From assembly GCF_018350175.1 (NCBI RefSeq), contig NC_058368.1:215142001-215206000 (forward strand): a stretch of 64,000 nt of DNA. Direction: 5' to 3'. A program made the position numbers and the translations under genes. This document shows, in pieces, positions 1 through 11,250 of the stretch. Position 1 is the first letter of the stretch; each line of letters opens with the position of its first letter. This DNA is from Felis catus (taxonomy: Eukaryota). A model generated the notes under the pieces. It saw only the letters and a program-made list of their open reading frames with translations, ran no database searches and was not told where the DNA came from.

Positions 1-420
1 GAGACATCAATATGAACTTGTCATTTTAAGAGAGAGAGACATATTTCCAAGTTTGTTCACCGAGAGTCATAGAAGCTGTGAATGTATTTGGCTCCCAGTT
101 TTGTTTTCTAACAACTGTTGTCTGTTGGAAAAGGAATAGGGAATGTTGCTGATAGTTGGGCTGAGCCATAAAAAGTGAGATGCAAGCCTGGACCATCCTG
201 TAGTGCCAGACATTAAAGAAGTGCTCTAAGAATCATGGAGAGATGTCTAAAGAACACAAGAGACAGCCACATACACACAGAGAGAGTAAGGGAGAAAGAA
301 TGTTAAGAGGCAAATTGTCAACAGCCAGTGAATGTAAGTAAAGTATTTCGAGGATACAGGGCTATTTTTGCAACTTTTTTTTTTAAATGTGAGATGAAAT
401 CAAAATGAAATGTGCAAAAT
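1..420 (+). mobile_element. Ancient L1 (L1MC/ME-like) 3' UTR remnant
   Basis: Resembles old L1M 3' ends (...gctatttttgcaactttt...aaatcaaaatgaaa) and is similar in style to 59100-59450; highly diverged. Confidence 0.5.
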
Positions 421-1148
421 ATATTCTAGCAGGTGTCTTACACATGATTGAAAACCACTGGACTAGTCTATCCGGTCTATCTGAACTCAATCATGGAATT
501 CTGACTCTACTCCTTTATTAAGAATGCTTTCACAATGAATACCTGTTTCCTACCTCCCTGTCACAATCTGTCCCTCAGAATTCACCTAAAGGGCTTTTTT
601 TCTCCATGAGACCTTACCCGCACATCTTTATACCTAACTGAGTGGACCATGCAGGTGTAATTTATGAATGCTTTCTTTATGACTCTTAATTTTTGGCATG
701 TCTTTTTGTTTTAAAGCTTTTAAAAAATTTATTTAAATTCATGTTAGTTAGCATACAGTGTACTGTTGGTTTCAGAAGTAGAACTAGTGATTCATCACTT
801 ACATATATTCATGCTCACACAATATCCATGCTCATCCCTACAAGTGCCCTGCTGATGCCCTTTACCCATTTAGCCCATACCCCCACCAACCTCCCCTCCA
901 GCAACCCTCAGTTTGTGCTCTGTATTTAAGAGTCTCATATGGTTTGCTTCCTCTCCGTTTTTTTCTTATTTTTCCTTTCTTTCTACTGTTTTCATCTGTT
1001 TTTTCTTAAATTCCACATATGAGTGAAATCATATGATATTTGTCTTTCTCTGACTTATCTTGCTTAGCATAATACACTCTAGCTCCATCCACGTTGTTGC
1101 AAATGGCAAGATTTCATTCTTTTTGATGGGCAAGTAATATTCCATGGT

Positions 1149-1559
1149 GTTTTTAAACATTTTTCCTTTTTTAAATGTTTATTGCTTTTTTTAAAAAAAT
1201 TAATATTTACTTTGAGAGGAAGAGAGACAGAATATGAGTGGAGGAAGGGCAGAGAGAGAAGGAGACACAGAATCCAAAGCAGGTTCCAGGTTCTGAGCTG
1301 TCAGCACAGAGCCTGATGCAGGGCTTGAACCCGCAAACCATGTTATCACCCAGGCGGCCCAATTCAATTTTCTTTAAGAGAGAGAGACAGGGTGAAAGTG
1401 GGGGAGGGGCAGAGAGAGAGGGAGACACGGAATCTGAAACAGGCTCCAAGCTCTGAGCTGTCAGCATAGAGCCTGACATGGGGCTCGAACTCACCAACTG
1501 TGAGATCATGACCTGAGTCGTAATCAGACACTTAACTGACTGAGCCCCCAGACACCCTG
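1149..1559 (-). mobile_element. Can-SINE (body ~1370-1559) whose tail hosts a second SINE
   Basis: Typical body gagacacggaatctgaaacaggctcc...cttaactgactgagcc; TSD agtaatattccat(g/t)gt at 1133-1148 and 1560-1575. Confidence 0.9.
1185..1360 (-). mobile_element. Can-SINE, internally deleted, nested in the tail of the adjacent SINE
   Basis: gagacacagaatccaaagcaggttccagg...cttgaacccgcaaaccatg then jumps directly to cacccaggcggccc. Confidence 0.85.
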
Positions 1560-2575
1560 AGTAATATTCCATTGTATATATATACCACACCTTTATCCAT
1601 TCATCAGTTGATGGACATTTGAGCTCTTTCCATAATTTTGCTATTGTTGATAGTGTTGCTATAAACATTAGGGTACATGTGCCCCTTGAATCAGCATTTT
1701 TGCATGCTTTGGATAAATACCTAGTAGTGAAATTGCTGGGCTGTAGGGTAGTTCTATTTTTAACTTTTTGAGGAACCTCCATACTGTTTTCCAGAGTGGC
1801 TGCACCAGCTCGCATTCCCACCAACAGAGCAAAAGTGTTCCCCTTTGTTTGCGTCCTCACCGACATCTGGTGTTTTCTAAACTAATTTTAGCCATCCTGA
1901 CAGGTGTGAGATGGTATCTTGTGGTTTTGATTTGTAATTTTCTGATGATGAGTGATGTTGAGTATCTTTTCATGTGTCTATTAGCCATCCGGATGTCTTT
2001 TGGAAAAGTGTCTATTCATATCTTCTGCCCATTTCTTCACGAGATTATTTGATTTTGGGTGTGAAGTTTAATAAATTCTTTATAGCTTTTAGATGCTAAC
2101 TCTTTATCTGATATGTCATTTGCACATATCTTCTCTCATTCCATTGGTTGCCTTTTAGTTTTGCTGATTGTTTCCTTTGCTGTGCAGAAGCTTTTTATCT
2201 TGATGAGGTCCCAATAGTTCATTTGTGCTTTTATTTCCCTTGCCTCTGGAGACCTATCTAGTAAGAAGTTCCTGTAGCCGAGGTCAAAGAGGATGCTGCC
2301 TGTTTTCTTTAATAGGATTTCGATAGTTTCTTGTTTTACATTCAGGTCATTCATCCATCTTGAATTTATTTTTGTGTATGGTGTAAGGAAGTAGTCCAGG
2401 ATTATTCTTCTGCATGTTGCTGTCCAGTTTTCCCAGCACCATTTGCTGAGGAGACTCTTTTTTTTCCATTGGATATTCTTTCCTGCTTTGTTGAAGATTA
2501 GTTGGCCACATTTTTGTGGGTCCATTTCTACGTTTTCTATTCTCTTCTATTGGTCTATGTGTTGGTTTTTGTGCC

Positions 2576-4122
2576 CTAACAATTGTAAATATTTATGCCC
2601 CCAACTTAAAACACCCAGGTATAGAAATCAATTAATCCCAAACACAAATTCTTTGATAGTAATACAATAATAGTAGGGAATGTTAATGCCCCACTTACAG
2701 CAATGGACCAATTATCTAAGCAGAAAATCGTCAAGGAAACAATGACTTTGAATGACACACTGGACCAGATGGACTTAACAGATATATTCAGAACATTTAA
2801 ACCTAAAACAGCAGAATATACATTCTTCTCAAGGCCACATGGAACATTCTCCAGAATAGATCACATAGTTGGCCACAAATCAGCCGTTAACAGGTACAAA
2901 AAGATTGAGATCATACCATGCATATTTTCAGATCACAGTGCTATGAAACTTGAAGTCAACCACTAGAAAAATTTTGGAAAGCTCTCAAATACGTGAAGGC
3001 TGAAGTACATCCTACTAAAGAATGAATGGGTTAACCAGGGAATTAAAGAAGAAATAAAAAATACATGGAAACCAACGAAAATGACAACATGACAGTCCAA
3101 ACCTTTTGGGATGCAGCAAAGTCAGTCTTATGAGGAAAGTACATTGCAGTTCAGGCCTATCTCAAGAATCAAGAAAGGTCCTCAATATACAGTCTAACCT
3201 TATACCTAAAGGAGTTAGAAAAGGAACAGCAAATAAAGCCTAAAGCCGCCAGAAGGCAAATAATAAAGTTTAGAACAGAAACACATGATATAGAAACAAT
3301 ATCAACAAGAAACAGTAGAACAGATCATGAAATTAAGAACTGGTTCTTTGAAAGAATAAACAAAATTGATAAGCCTCTAGCCAGACATCAAAAGGAAAAG
3401 TGAAAGGACCCAAATACATAAAATCATGACTAAAGGTGGAGAGATCACAACCAACACCACAGAAATACAAATTTATAAGGGGATACTATGAAAAATTATA
3501 TGCCAATTGGGCAATCTGGAAGAAATGGACAAATTCTTAGACACCCACACACTACAAAAACTGAAACAGGAAGAAATACGAAATTTGAACAGACCCACAA
3601 ACAGCAAAGAAATTGAATCAGTAATCAAAATCTCCCAACAAACAGGAGTCCTAGGCCAGATGTCTTCCCGGGGAAATTCTAGCAGACATTTAGAGTTAAT
3701 ACCTATTCCTCTCAAGGTGTTCCATATATATATATATATATATATATACATAAGGACAAAGACCCCACTAAAAAGGATAATTACAGGCCAATATTCCTGA
3801 TAAACCAGGATGCAAAAATTCTCAGCAAAATACTAGAAAATTGAATCTAACAGTACCTTAAAAGAATTATTCACCATGATCAAGTGGAATTTATTCCTGG
3901 GCTGCAGGGTCTGGTACAATATTCACAAATCAGTCAGTGTGATATACCACATTAATAAAAGAAAGGATAAGAACCATACGATCTTGTCAATAGATGGAGA
4001 AAATGCATTTGACAAACTACAGCATCCTTGCTTGATAAAAACCTTCAAGAAACTAGGGACAGAAGGAACATACCCTAACTTCATAAAGGCTATATCCAAA
4101 AGACCCGAAACACTCCACCAAA
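2576..4122 (+). mobile_element. LINE-1 ORF2 segment (endonuclease to RT), inverted arm; disrupted
   Basis: Peptides TLNDTLDQMDLTDIFRTF...YTFFSRPHGTFSRIDHIVGHK...FSDHSAMKLE (endonuclease), [38 protein letters not shown] (RT); many stops and frameshifts; right TSD ttgttttaaaacttt at 4123-4137. Confidence 0.95.
3724..3752. repeat. (AT)n microsatellite inside L1 ORF2
   Basis: Directly visible alternating AT run. Confidence 0.95.
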
Positions 4123-5156
4123 TTGTTTTAAAACTTTCAAAGCTCTAACAGGCAGAAATTCCCTAACACCTAACTACTTTGCTGGAGCTAAGCAGGTGCT
4201 TAATATTTTCAGTTCAATTGTTTTTGGTTTGGAAAAAAAAAAAACATATCCCAGTGAAAGCCTGGCTTTGAAAGATATTTAATTCTAAGTTTTTATGCTT
4301 TTATTTTAAAACTTATTTATATAAGCCAAACTTATATTAGAAAGTTAAATTTTTGTAGGCTTTGGAACAAATGCAATTTTTTTGAAATCCGAACTCGTTT
4401 CTTAAGTGCAAATATATTTGAACTTGTGAGTTACTTTAATAAGTTCAAACATCAGTCAATTCATGACCTTACATTTGCTACTGTTTCTTGTAGGATATGG
4501 TGTCTATTGTGTAGTCGAAATGTTTTCGCACCTTGATACTATTTTAATCACATGAATAAAAATTACTGAATTTCCTGGTCCTTGCCAGATCCAATATAGC
4601 CTTGGTAGACAGCTACCATCATCATCCGAAAGCCTTAATCTTCATGGGTTCTGGAATGACAAAAGGAGAGTGAACAGATGTTTTCAAACTCCAGTGGCCA
4701 TCTGCTGGGCCCTGAGCAACCCTCCTGACAGAGGAGCAATCTGCAGAGCACTTACTCGTAAAACACCCATTTCGTGAATGAAATGATTTTAGCGGTCTCT
4801 AAGGCTATCACTTTGTCATCCTCTGTCAGTACTAAAATTAATGTGGAAATAAAAGTAAACAAAGCATCTTTCCTTCCTGTGTTTCCAGAAATTTATCGAC
4901 TTGTTTAAACATCTGACTCTTGTGCAAACACACATGGTTTTATTATAATTGCATTTAAATCTTGATGAGAACAGCAACCTCTCATCAGAGTTTTTCCTCT
5001 TTAGGATTATGCACATAGGCTTAACATTGAACTCCATTCTACTCTTTGGTAGAAAACCCATGTTTTGTTTTTATTTTCTAGAAGTAATTTCCCCCTCCAG
5101 ACGTCCTACGTGACACATGCTAATATCCGCATATACTAATATCACATATTAAATCT

Positions 5157-5385
5157 CCATTAGTCTGCTAGGGATATTGTAACAAAATACCACAGTCTGC
5201 GTGGCTTAAGCAACAGAAATTTATTTCTCACCACTCCAGAGGCGACAAAGCCAAAATCAAAGTGTTAGCAAGTTGGTTTTCTATGGAGGGCCTTATGGGA
5301 AGCGTCTATTCCAGACTTTTCACTTTGCCTTATAGATGGCACCTTCTCACTGTGTCTTTACATAGATGTCCCTCTGTGTGTGCGG
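5157..5385 (-). mobile_element. MLT1 (MaLR) LTR fragment
   Basis: attagtctgctaggg...taacaaaataccacag...ggcttaagcaacagaaatttatttctcac is the diagnostic MLT1 end in reverse. Confidence 0.8.
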
Positions 5386-6431
5386 GTCTTCTGCCTCCCT
5401 GTATTTCCTCAGAGCCCCTGTATCATGTGATTTGTCTTCCCAACTCTGGATTCTCTTTATTCTTGTCATTGCTGGGGCATAATATGGGACCACCTTCCTC
5501 AGTGTCTCTTCTTCCACACATTTAATACTTCACCATTTAATGGACTCGTACTATAGGCATATTGTTAATTGCTGAAGAGATAATAAATAATGTATACTTT
5601 TATCCTCATGATGTATAGTTAGGAGATGACCTCTGATTGTGTTTGCATACGTATACATGGCCAGTGATATTGTACAGTAGCTAGAGGTGGTGATGGGTGA
5701 GAGTCTAAGAAAAATAGTTTAGCTTTAGATGTGTTTAATTTGAGGAAACCGGAGTAGCCCAGGAGGAAATTGTATAGAAACAGAAAAACTGGCAACGAAG
5801 TTGCAATTCATTACCCTACAGGTAGTGGTCGAAATCAGTGAAACCACTAAAGATCTTAAAAGATTTTCCCAGCAGAAGCCGTGAGGAAGGAGAGGAAAAA
5901 AGGGCAAGGACAGGATTTAGGTGACGATGCTTTGAGCAAAAATAGAGCAAAAGCTCCTCCTCAACTTTAGGGTTTTAAAACTTCCCAGATTTTATGAAAT
6001 TTCAAAATAAAGGTTGATTTCCAGTGCTTGACCCTATTTGAATAGCTTAGAACCTATTCTGCTTCCTAAAGATCAAATTCTACAGGTGAAAGCTAGTGTA
6101 GAATAAATGCATTCTGCTGCCCTGGGATCAACCATACAGTCCAGAGTTTTGTCACTTTGCCTTTTGCCTTAATCCTCCTCAGAGCTTTCTTGTAACTGCT
6201 GAATCATGGCATCCTTCTCAAGTTGAGATTATCTCCATCGATTTTCCTTTCCTCTAATTCAGGGTTCTATATGTGGGCTGCTTTTCTCACATCTCAGCAG
6301 CCTCCATCACTGATACATTCACCTGGGGATCTATCTCCTCTTCACACCGTGAAACTGGAGACCAGATTGAATCCCCACTTATTGCTGGTCTCAGAGACAA
6401 GCACCCAGAGAGTTTTGTTTTTGCTGGCATT

Positions 6432-6795
6432 TTGGAGATAAGATCGACATACAACATTATGTAAGTTTAAGGTGTACAATGTGATGATTTGATACATACA
6501 TATATATTGCAAGATGTTTACCATGATAAGGTTATCTCATCCTTCACTTCATGTAATTACCATTTGTTGTTTTTTGTTAAGATGAGGCCATTAAATTTCT
6601 ATTCTTATAGCAACTTTTAAGAATATAATACAGTGGGGGCACCTCATTGGCTCAGTCGGTTAAGTGTCTGACTTCAGCTCAGGTCATGAACTCACATCAT
6701 GGGTTTGAGCCTCGCATTGGGCTCTGTGCTGATGGCTCAGAGCCTGGAGCCTGCTTTGGATTCTCTGTCTCCCTCTCTCTTTGCCCCTCCCCCAC

Positions 6796-6847
<52 letters not shown>

Positions 6848-7085
6848 AATGAATAAATATTACAATTTTTTAAAAAAGAATACAATACAGTGTTTTTAAC
6901 TTAGTCACTATGCTGTACCTTAGATACCCAGTACTTATAGCTAAAAGTTTGTACCTTTGACCAATATCTCGTTTCTCCAACTCTTCAGCCCCTGGCAACT
7001 AACATTCTATACCCTCCGCTTCTATGAGTACAATTTTGTTTAGATTCCACATGTAAGATAATACAGTATCTTTCTCTGACAGACA
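6432..7085 (-). mobile_element. Old L1 3' end (L1MA-like), split by a SINE
   Basis: gtaagtttaaggtgtacaatgtgatgatttgatacatac...aaagtttgtacctttgacca...tagattccacatgtaag; same type as 30240-31330. Confidence 0.8.
6636..6875 (+). mobile_element. Can-SINE with expanded (CT)n
   Basis: A-box-like tggctcagtcgg, B-box-like ggtttgagcc, (CT)n and A-rich tail; TSD aagaata(t/c)aatacagtg at 6619-6635 and 6876-6892. Confidence 0.95.
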
Positions 7086-7696
7086 GTTTTCTTATGCTAG
7101 GTCTTAAGGCAAATCACCAGAGGGAAATAGAAGACATAAACAATTTAGAGATGGGGCACTGGTAAAGCTTAGAAAGTTCTTAAACCAACAGTCCTTGTAC
7201 TTAAATCTCTGCCTTCCATTTAAGACAGTAAGATAAAGGTTATTTTGGCTTCAGATTCTGGCATAAGATTTTTGAGAATGGAATTCTCACATTTCTCCCA
7301 CCCTTAGCCTTCTACCCCTACCCAAGCAAAAAGGGGTATTAAAGTTTCTGCCTACTATATACACTGTGTCTGAAAGAAAAACTGAAATTAACTCTGATGA
7401 TGCAAATTAGATGGAGTATGGTTTCTCTCTCACTTGCTTTTAAACAGGAGACTCGAAAAGTTAATTTTTCTCTTAAGCATTGTATCAAATCCCACATTCC
7501 TATGGTCCAAGATTTATTTTCTTTAGCCAAATTTTCATTTCAAGGAAAAGTTATAAGTGAGGTAAGATACTGGTGCAGTGGTTCACAAACTAAACATATC
7601 TCAAATAGAATGTTGAAGGAGAGATGTCAGTGTGATCAGAGGAATGGCAATTCTTTAAAGCTTTACGATCTTCCTTCCCATATTAAATTATGTATA

Positions 7697-7907
7697 GGGG
7701 TGCCTGGGTGGCTCAGTCGGTTGAGCATCCAACTTAGGCTCAGGTCATGATCTCGTGGTTCATGGGTTAGAGCCCTGCATCTGGCTCTGTGCTGACAGCT
7801 CAGAGCCTGGAGCCTGCTTCAGATTCTGTGTCTCCCTCTTCCTCTGCACCTTTTCCCACTTGTGCTCTGTCTCTGTCTGTCTGTCTCTCTCAAAAATAAA
7901 TATAAAA
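7697..7907 (+). mobile_element. Can-SINE
   Basis: ggggtgcctgggtggctcagtcgg head; TSD aaattatgtat at 7685-7695 and 7908-7918. Confidence 0.95.
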
Positions 7908-7971
7908 AAATTATGTATGAATAAAAGTTATTTGGAAGATGCATTTATATTCTTCAGATAAGGATAGTTGT

Positions 7972-8190
7972 TTTTAAAGGATTTATTTTTAAAGTTTATT
8001 TATTTACTTTTGAGACAAAGAGTGAGCGAACAAGCAGGAGGGGGTGGGGGGGGGCAGGGAGAATCCCAAGTAGTCTCTGAACTTTCAGAATAGAACCTAG
8101 TGTGGGGCTCAATCTCATGAGCCATGAGATCATGACTTGAGCAGAAATCTGGAGTTGGAAGCTTAACTGACTGAGCCACCCAGGTGCCCC
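7972..8190 (-). mobile_element. Can-SINE (older gagaatcccaag type)
   Basis: Ends ctgagccacccaggtgcccc; TSD aaggatagtt at 7960-7969 and 8191-8200. Confidence 0.93.
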
Positions 8191-8567
8191 AAGGATAGTT
8201 ACTTTAACTTATGAAAACATGACTGCAGTCAAGTAGCAACTGCATGTTCTTTTCCATGATAGTGAACTCTAGCCCTCAACCAGCCGGTGTCAAACTCTTA
8301 ATAACTAATAGTGAGCTATCACTAATCCCAAGAAACCCAGGGATACCTAGACACTACCCTTACACACTCATATATAACAGCCGTATGGACAACATTCAGC
8401 AAATGGAAACCTCAAAGCCTATATTCGTGGGATCAGTAATAATACCTCTCTATATGATATTAATCTTATTCCACTTATTATTCTGTGATAAAGTTTTATC
8501 TATATTTTCATTAAAATTAGTTTATTGTAAAGTTTTTTAAAAAGAGTACTTACGGCTAAATGCTTTT

Positions 8568-8771
8568 CAATTTTTTTTAATGTTTATTTATTTTTGAGAG
8601 AGAGACAGAGGCAGGGAGGAGCAGAGAGAGAGGGAGACACAGAATCCGAAACAGGCTCCAGACTCTGAGCTGTCAGCACAAAGCCTGATGAGGGGCTCGA
8701 ACTTATGAACCGCGAGATCGTGACCTGAGCTGAAATTGGACGCTTAACCAACTGAGCCACGCAGACACCCT
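8568..8771 (-). mobile_element. Can-SINE
   Basis: Typical body; TSD taaatgctttt at 8557-8567 and 8772-8782. Confidence 0.95.
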
Positions 8772-10417
8772 TAAATGCTTTTAAAATCACTAATATATGA
8801 AAGCATTTAAAGTTCTGTTAACCTATTTCTCAAGAAGACAAAACAAAGCCTAATCATACTGTTACTGTCATAATTAGTTTCTTAGGTATAAATAATACCA
8901 CTAGAGATAAACTTTTATTGAAGGGCTATCCCTTTTAATGATTGAATTTGTCTCCATCATTAGTTTTATCCATACCTCATTTTATCTTGAACTAGCTTAC
9001 AAAATCTAGCATGGAAAATAATGTGAGAGCCACTGAATTAAGTTCTCTAGGGAAGCTTACTCACTTTGGCCTGAGGGAAATGAAGAATGCAGGTGGCTGT
9101 TGAAGGATGATGATCATCTTTTTTTGTTTGTGTTTTCCCAAATAAATGCATTTTCAAGTGTGGATGGGGCAACTCAGTCCTTTCAGAAATTGGCTGAACA
9201 GATTAAATCAGAATATTGTTCTTGCCACCTCCTTGATTTCCCCAATTCTTCTCAACTTTCTCTTAATGAATGTCTTTCTTTGCGCCATAATTCATCTGCT
9301 ACAGACCATGCAGGTTCAAGTGAGGGTAGTAATTTCCCAAGGGGACTTGACTCTCGGGGAAATTCCAACAAAAAACTAATTTTAAACTTAATGTTTGTTA
9401 TAAATCACACATAAGGAGCCCAAGGGAGTTTTCTTTCTGAATGCTACTCAAACCAAACCAAACAAAAAAGAACTTTAATGGTTGATAAGCAGGGATGGAG
9501 CTCAGAAGAAAATTTTCTATGTTTATGTGGTTCTATTGATTCTATTTTGTGGTCATTTATGAAATCTTCAGTTTTCACTCTCTGGATATGTGACTTATCA
9601 ATAATCTTATCATGTGAATATTAAGAGCTGCTGTCCCTTTTCAGAATGCTCTCAAGACATGAGCTAATGCATAAAACAGCAAAAGAAAAAAAAAAGAATT
9701 CCAAGAAGTCCTTGCACTTATTTCTAGGTAAAGGAAGGAGTAGTGGGCATTTTTTTTTATAAACCAGCATAATTGTTTCTATAATCTTAAACTGAAAATC
9801 TCAATCATTACCAAAACTGAAGAGAAGACTGGATCCTCCTCCGGAAACACATTTGTAATTAAATTGCTTAAGATCTATACTCCATCTCCTTTTTCCCTCC
9901 TACAGGCATTTTCCAAAAGGAAAATAAATCTTTCCTCAAAAAATAGATCTTTCATCAAATAAATATCTTTACTACAAGAAAATAATGAGGATAGACAAAT
10001 GAGTATACAAATACTTAACCATTTGTAATTTTTCTATTCTAGTAAAATGTTCCTTCAATATTGGCTGCGGAATTGCGCAAGTTAGGAAGCACTCTAGACC
10101 TTCATTCGTATTACTGTTAGAACCATGATATAGTACAAATCCATCAGAACATCAGCCCAGATGGCATAAACCTCATTCTCATTTTAACTAAGAACAGCAT
10201 ATACCAATATTTGATGTTTTTACATGAACAGATGAAAATTGGATGCATCCAGCCATTAGGGAAAAAGTTAATATCTGTTGCAATGGATAAATATTACCTT
10301 AAAATATGTTAAAATAAACAGGTTATATATTACTACTCATTTTTGTATTTGCATTTGTATGCTTAAATATATATGGGAAGCTGTACCTGCAGATAAGATA
10401 CTGTTTTTGAGAACTAA

Positions 10418-10568
10418 CAGACCTAGATTTTCACTTTTTAGTTATATGCAATTGGGCATGTTACTTAGTCCTTCTAAAAGTGATTTTTCGATACGCAAAA
10501 TTTGGGCAATGCTCATGGACACTTCATATGATCGCTCTGAAAATTATGTAAGAAAATTGTGTGTAAAT
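10418..10568 (+). mobile_element. MIR remnant
   Basis: agacctagatt...ttgggcatgttacttagtccttct...aaaatttgggcaat resembles the MIR core. Confidence 0.55.
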
Positions 10569-10799
10569 GAAAATGGTTGGACCTGTAGAAGATCCTCAGT
10601 TCAAGGTTTCCACCATACCTCTTGTTAAACTTCAGTATTTTTGATATTATAAAGGATTGTTGAAGAGGTCTTTACTCAGAACTTCTAAATTTTGATACTA
10701 CCAATAAATTTTCTTTATATACTGTTATCCATCAACAAACATCCCTTCTCTTCATTTTACTATTAACATAAATGTGATTTAAAAAAATGTTTCCACCCC

Positions 10800-11250
10800 T
10801 TGGTTCAATACCTTATTGGATCCTCAGGTGTGTATTCTATTTACTTCAACTCATCATGGTAATGGGATTATCTTTGCCAGTGAATGGAACTGTAAAGTCA
10901 CGTTTGCAACAGCATAAGTATGACAATGACACCAAAGAGTAAGTCCTCAGGTAAATTTTAGGAAAATTTTAATCGTTCTAAAAAAGTGGCATGCAATCTC
11001 TTCCTATTTCAATCATTGTCATATTTGAATGTGCCATCTGAAAATGACAAAGTCATCTTTGAAACATGAGGAGAGGTAGCTTGAGAAAAATAAGGACATT
11101 ATCATGAAATCAAATAAGAAATTAAAAAAAAACCTCTGGAATAATTATATCTTTGTGAATTTCATGATGGGAGATGTTTTTGGCCTTAAATTTTAATGAT
11201 TTCAAGTGGAATTTATCTTAATTTGAATGGAAAATATTTTCACCCACATT
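10800..11250 (+). mobile_element. Probable old MLT1-type LTR remnant
   Basis: Degenerate similarity (aaattttaggaaaattt...tgaatgtgccatctgaaaatgacaaagtcatctttgaaacatgagg). Confidence 0.35.

Larger units (their letters stand above)
721..2575 (-). mobile_element. Carnivore LINE-1 3' portion (ORF2 C-terminal part + 3' UTR), non-inverted arm of a 5'-inverted insertion
   Basis: Minus-strand ORF2 peptides MDPQKCGQLIFNKAGKNIQW...WENWTATC and KCPSTDEWIKVWYIYTMEYY; carnivore L1 3' UTR near 730-1000; interrupted by SINEs at 1149-1559; left TSD ttgttttaaagcttt at 706-720. Confidence 0.95.

Noticed and set aside
1207..1866. Longest ORF (219 aa) as a gene
   Set aside because: It is a chance read-through of L1 ORF2 remnant into two SINEs, with no independent gene features.
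2576..4148. Functional endonuclease/reverse transcriptase or novel RT system
   Set aside because: It is ordinary L1 ORF2, fragmented by stops, frameshifts and deletions.
9100..9414. 104-aa ORF in non-repeat DNA
   Set aside because: Non-ATG start, no convincing splice sites and no recognisable protein; at most conserved noncoding, which I cannot assess.
9906..10010. Strong plus-strand acceptor ttttccctcctacAG
   Set aside because: Stops in all three frames within 60 nt and no good donor nearby.
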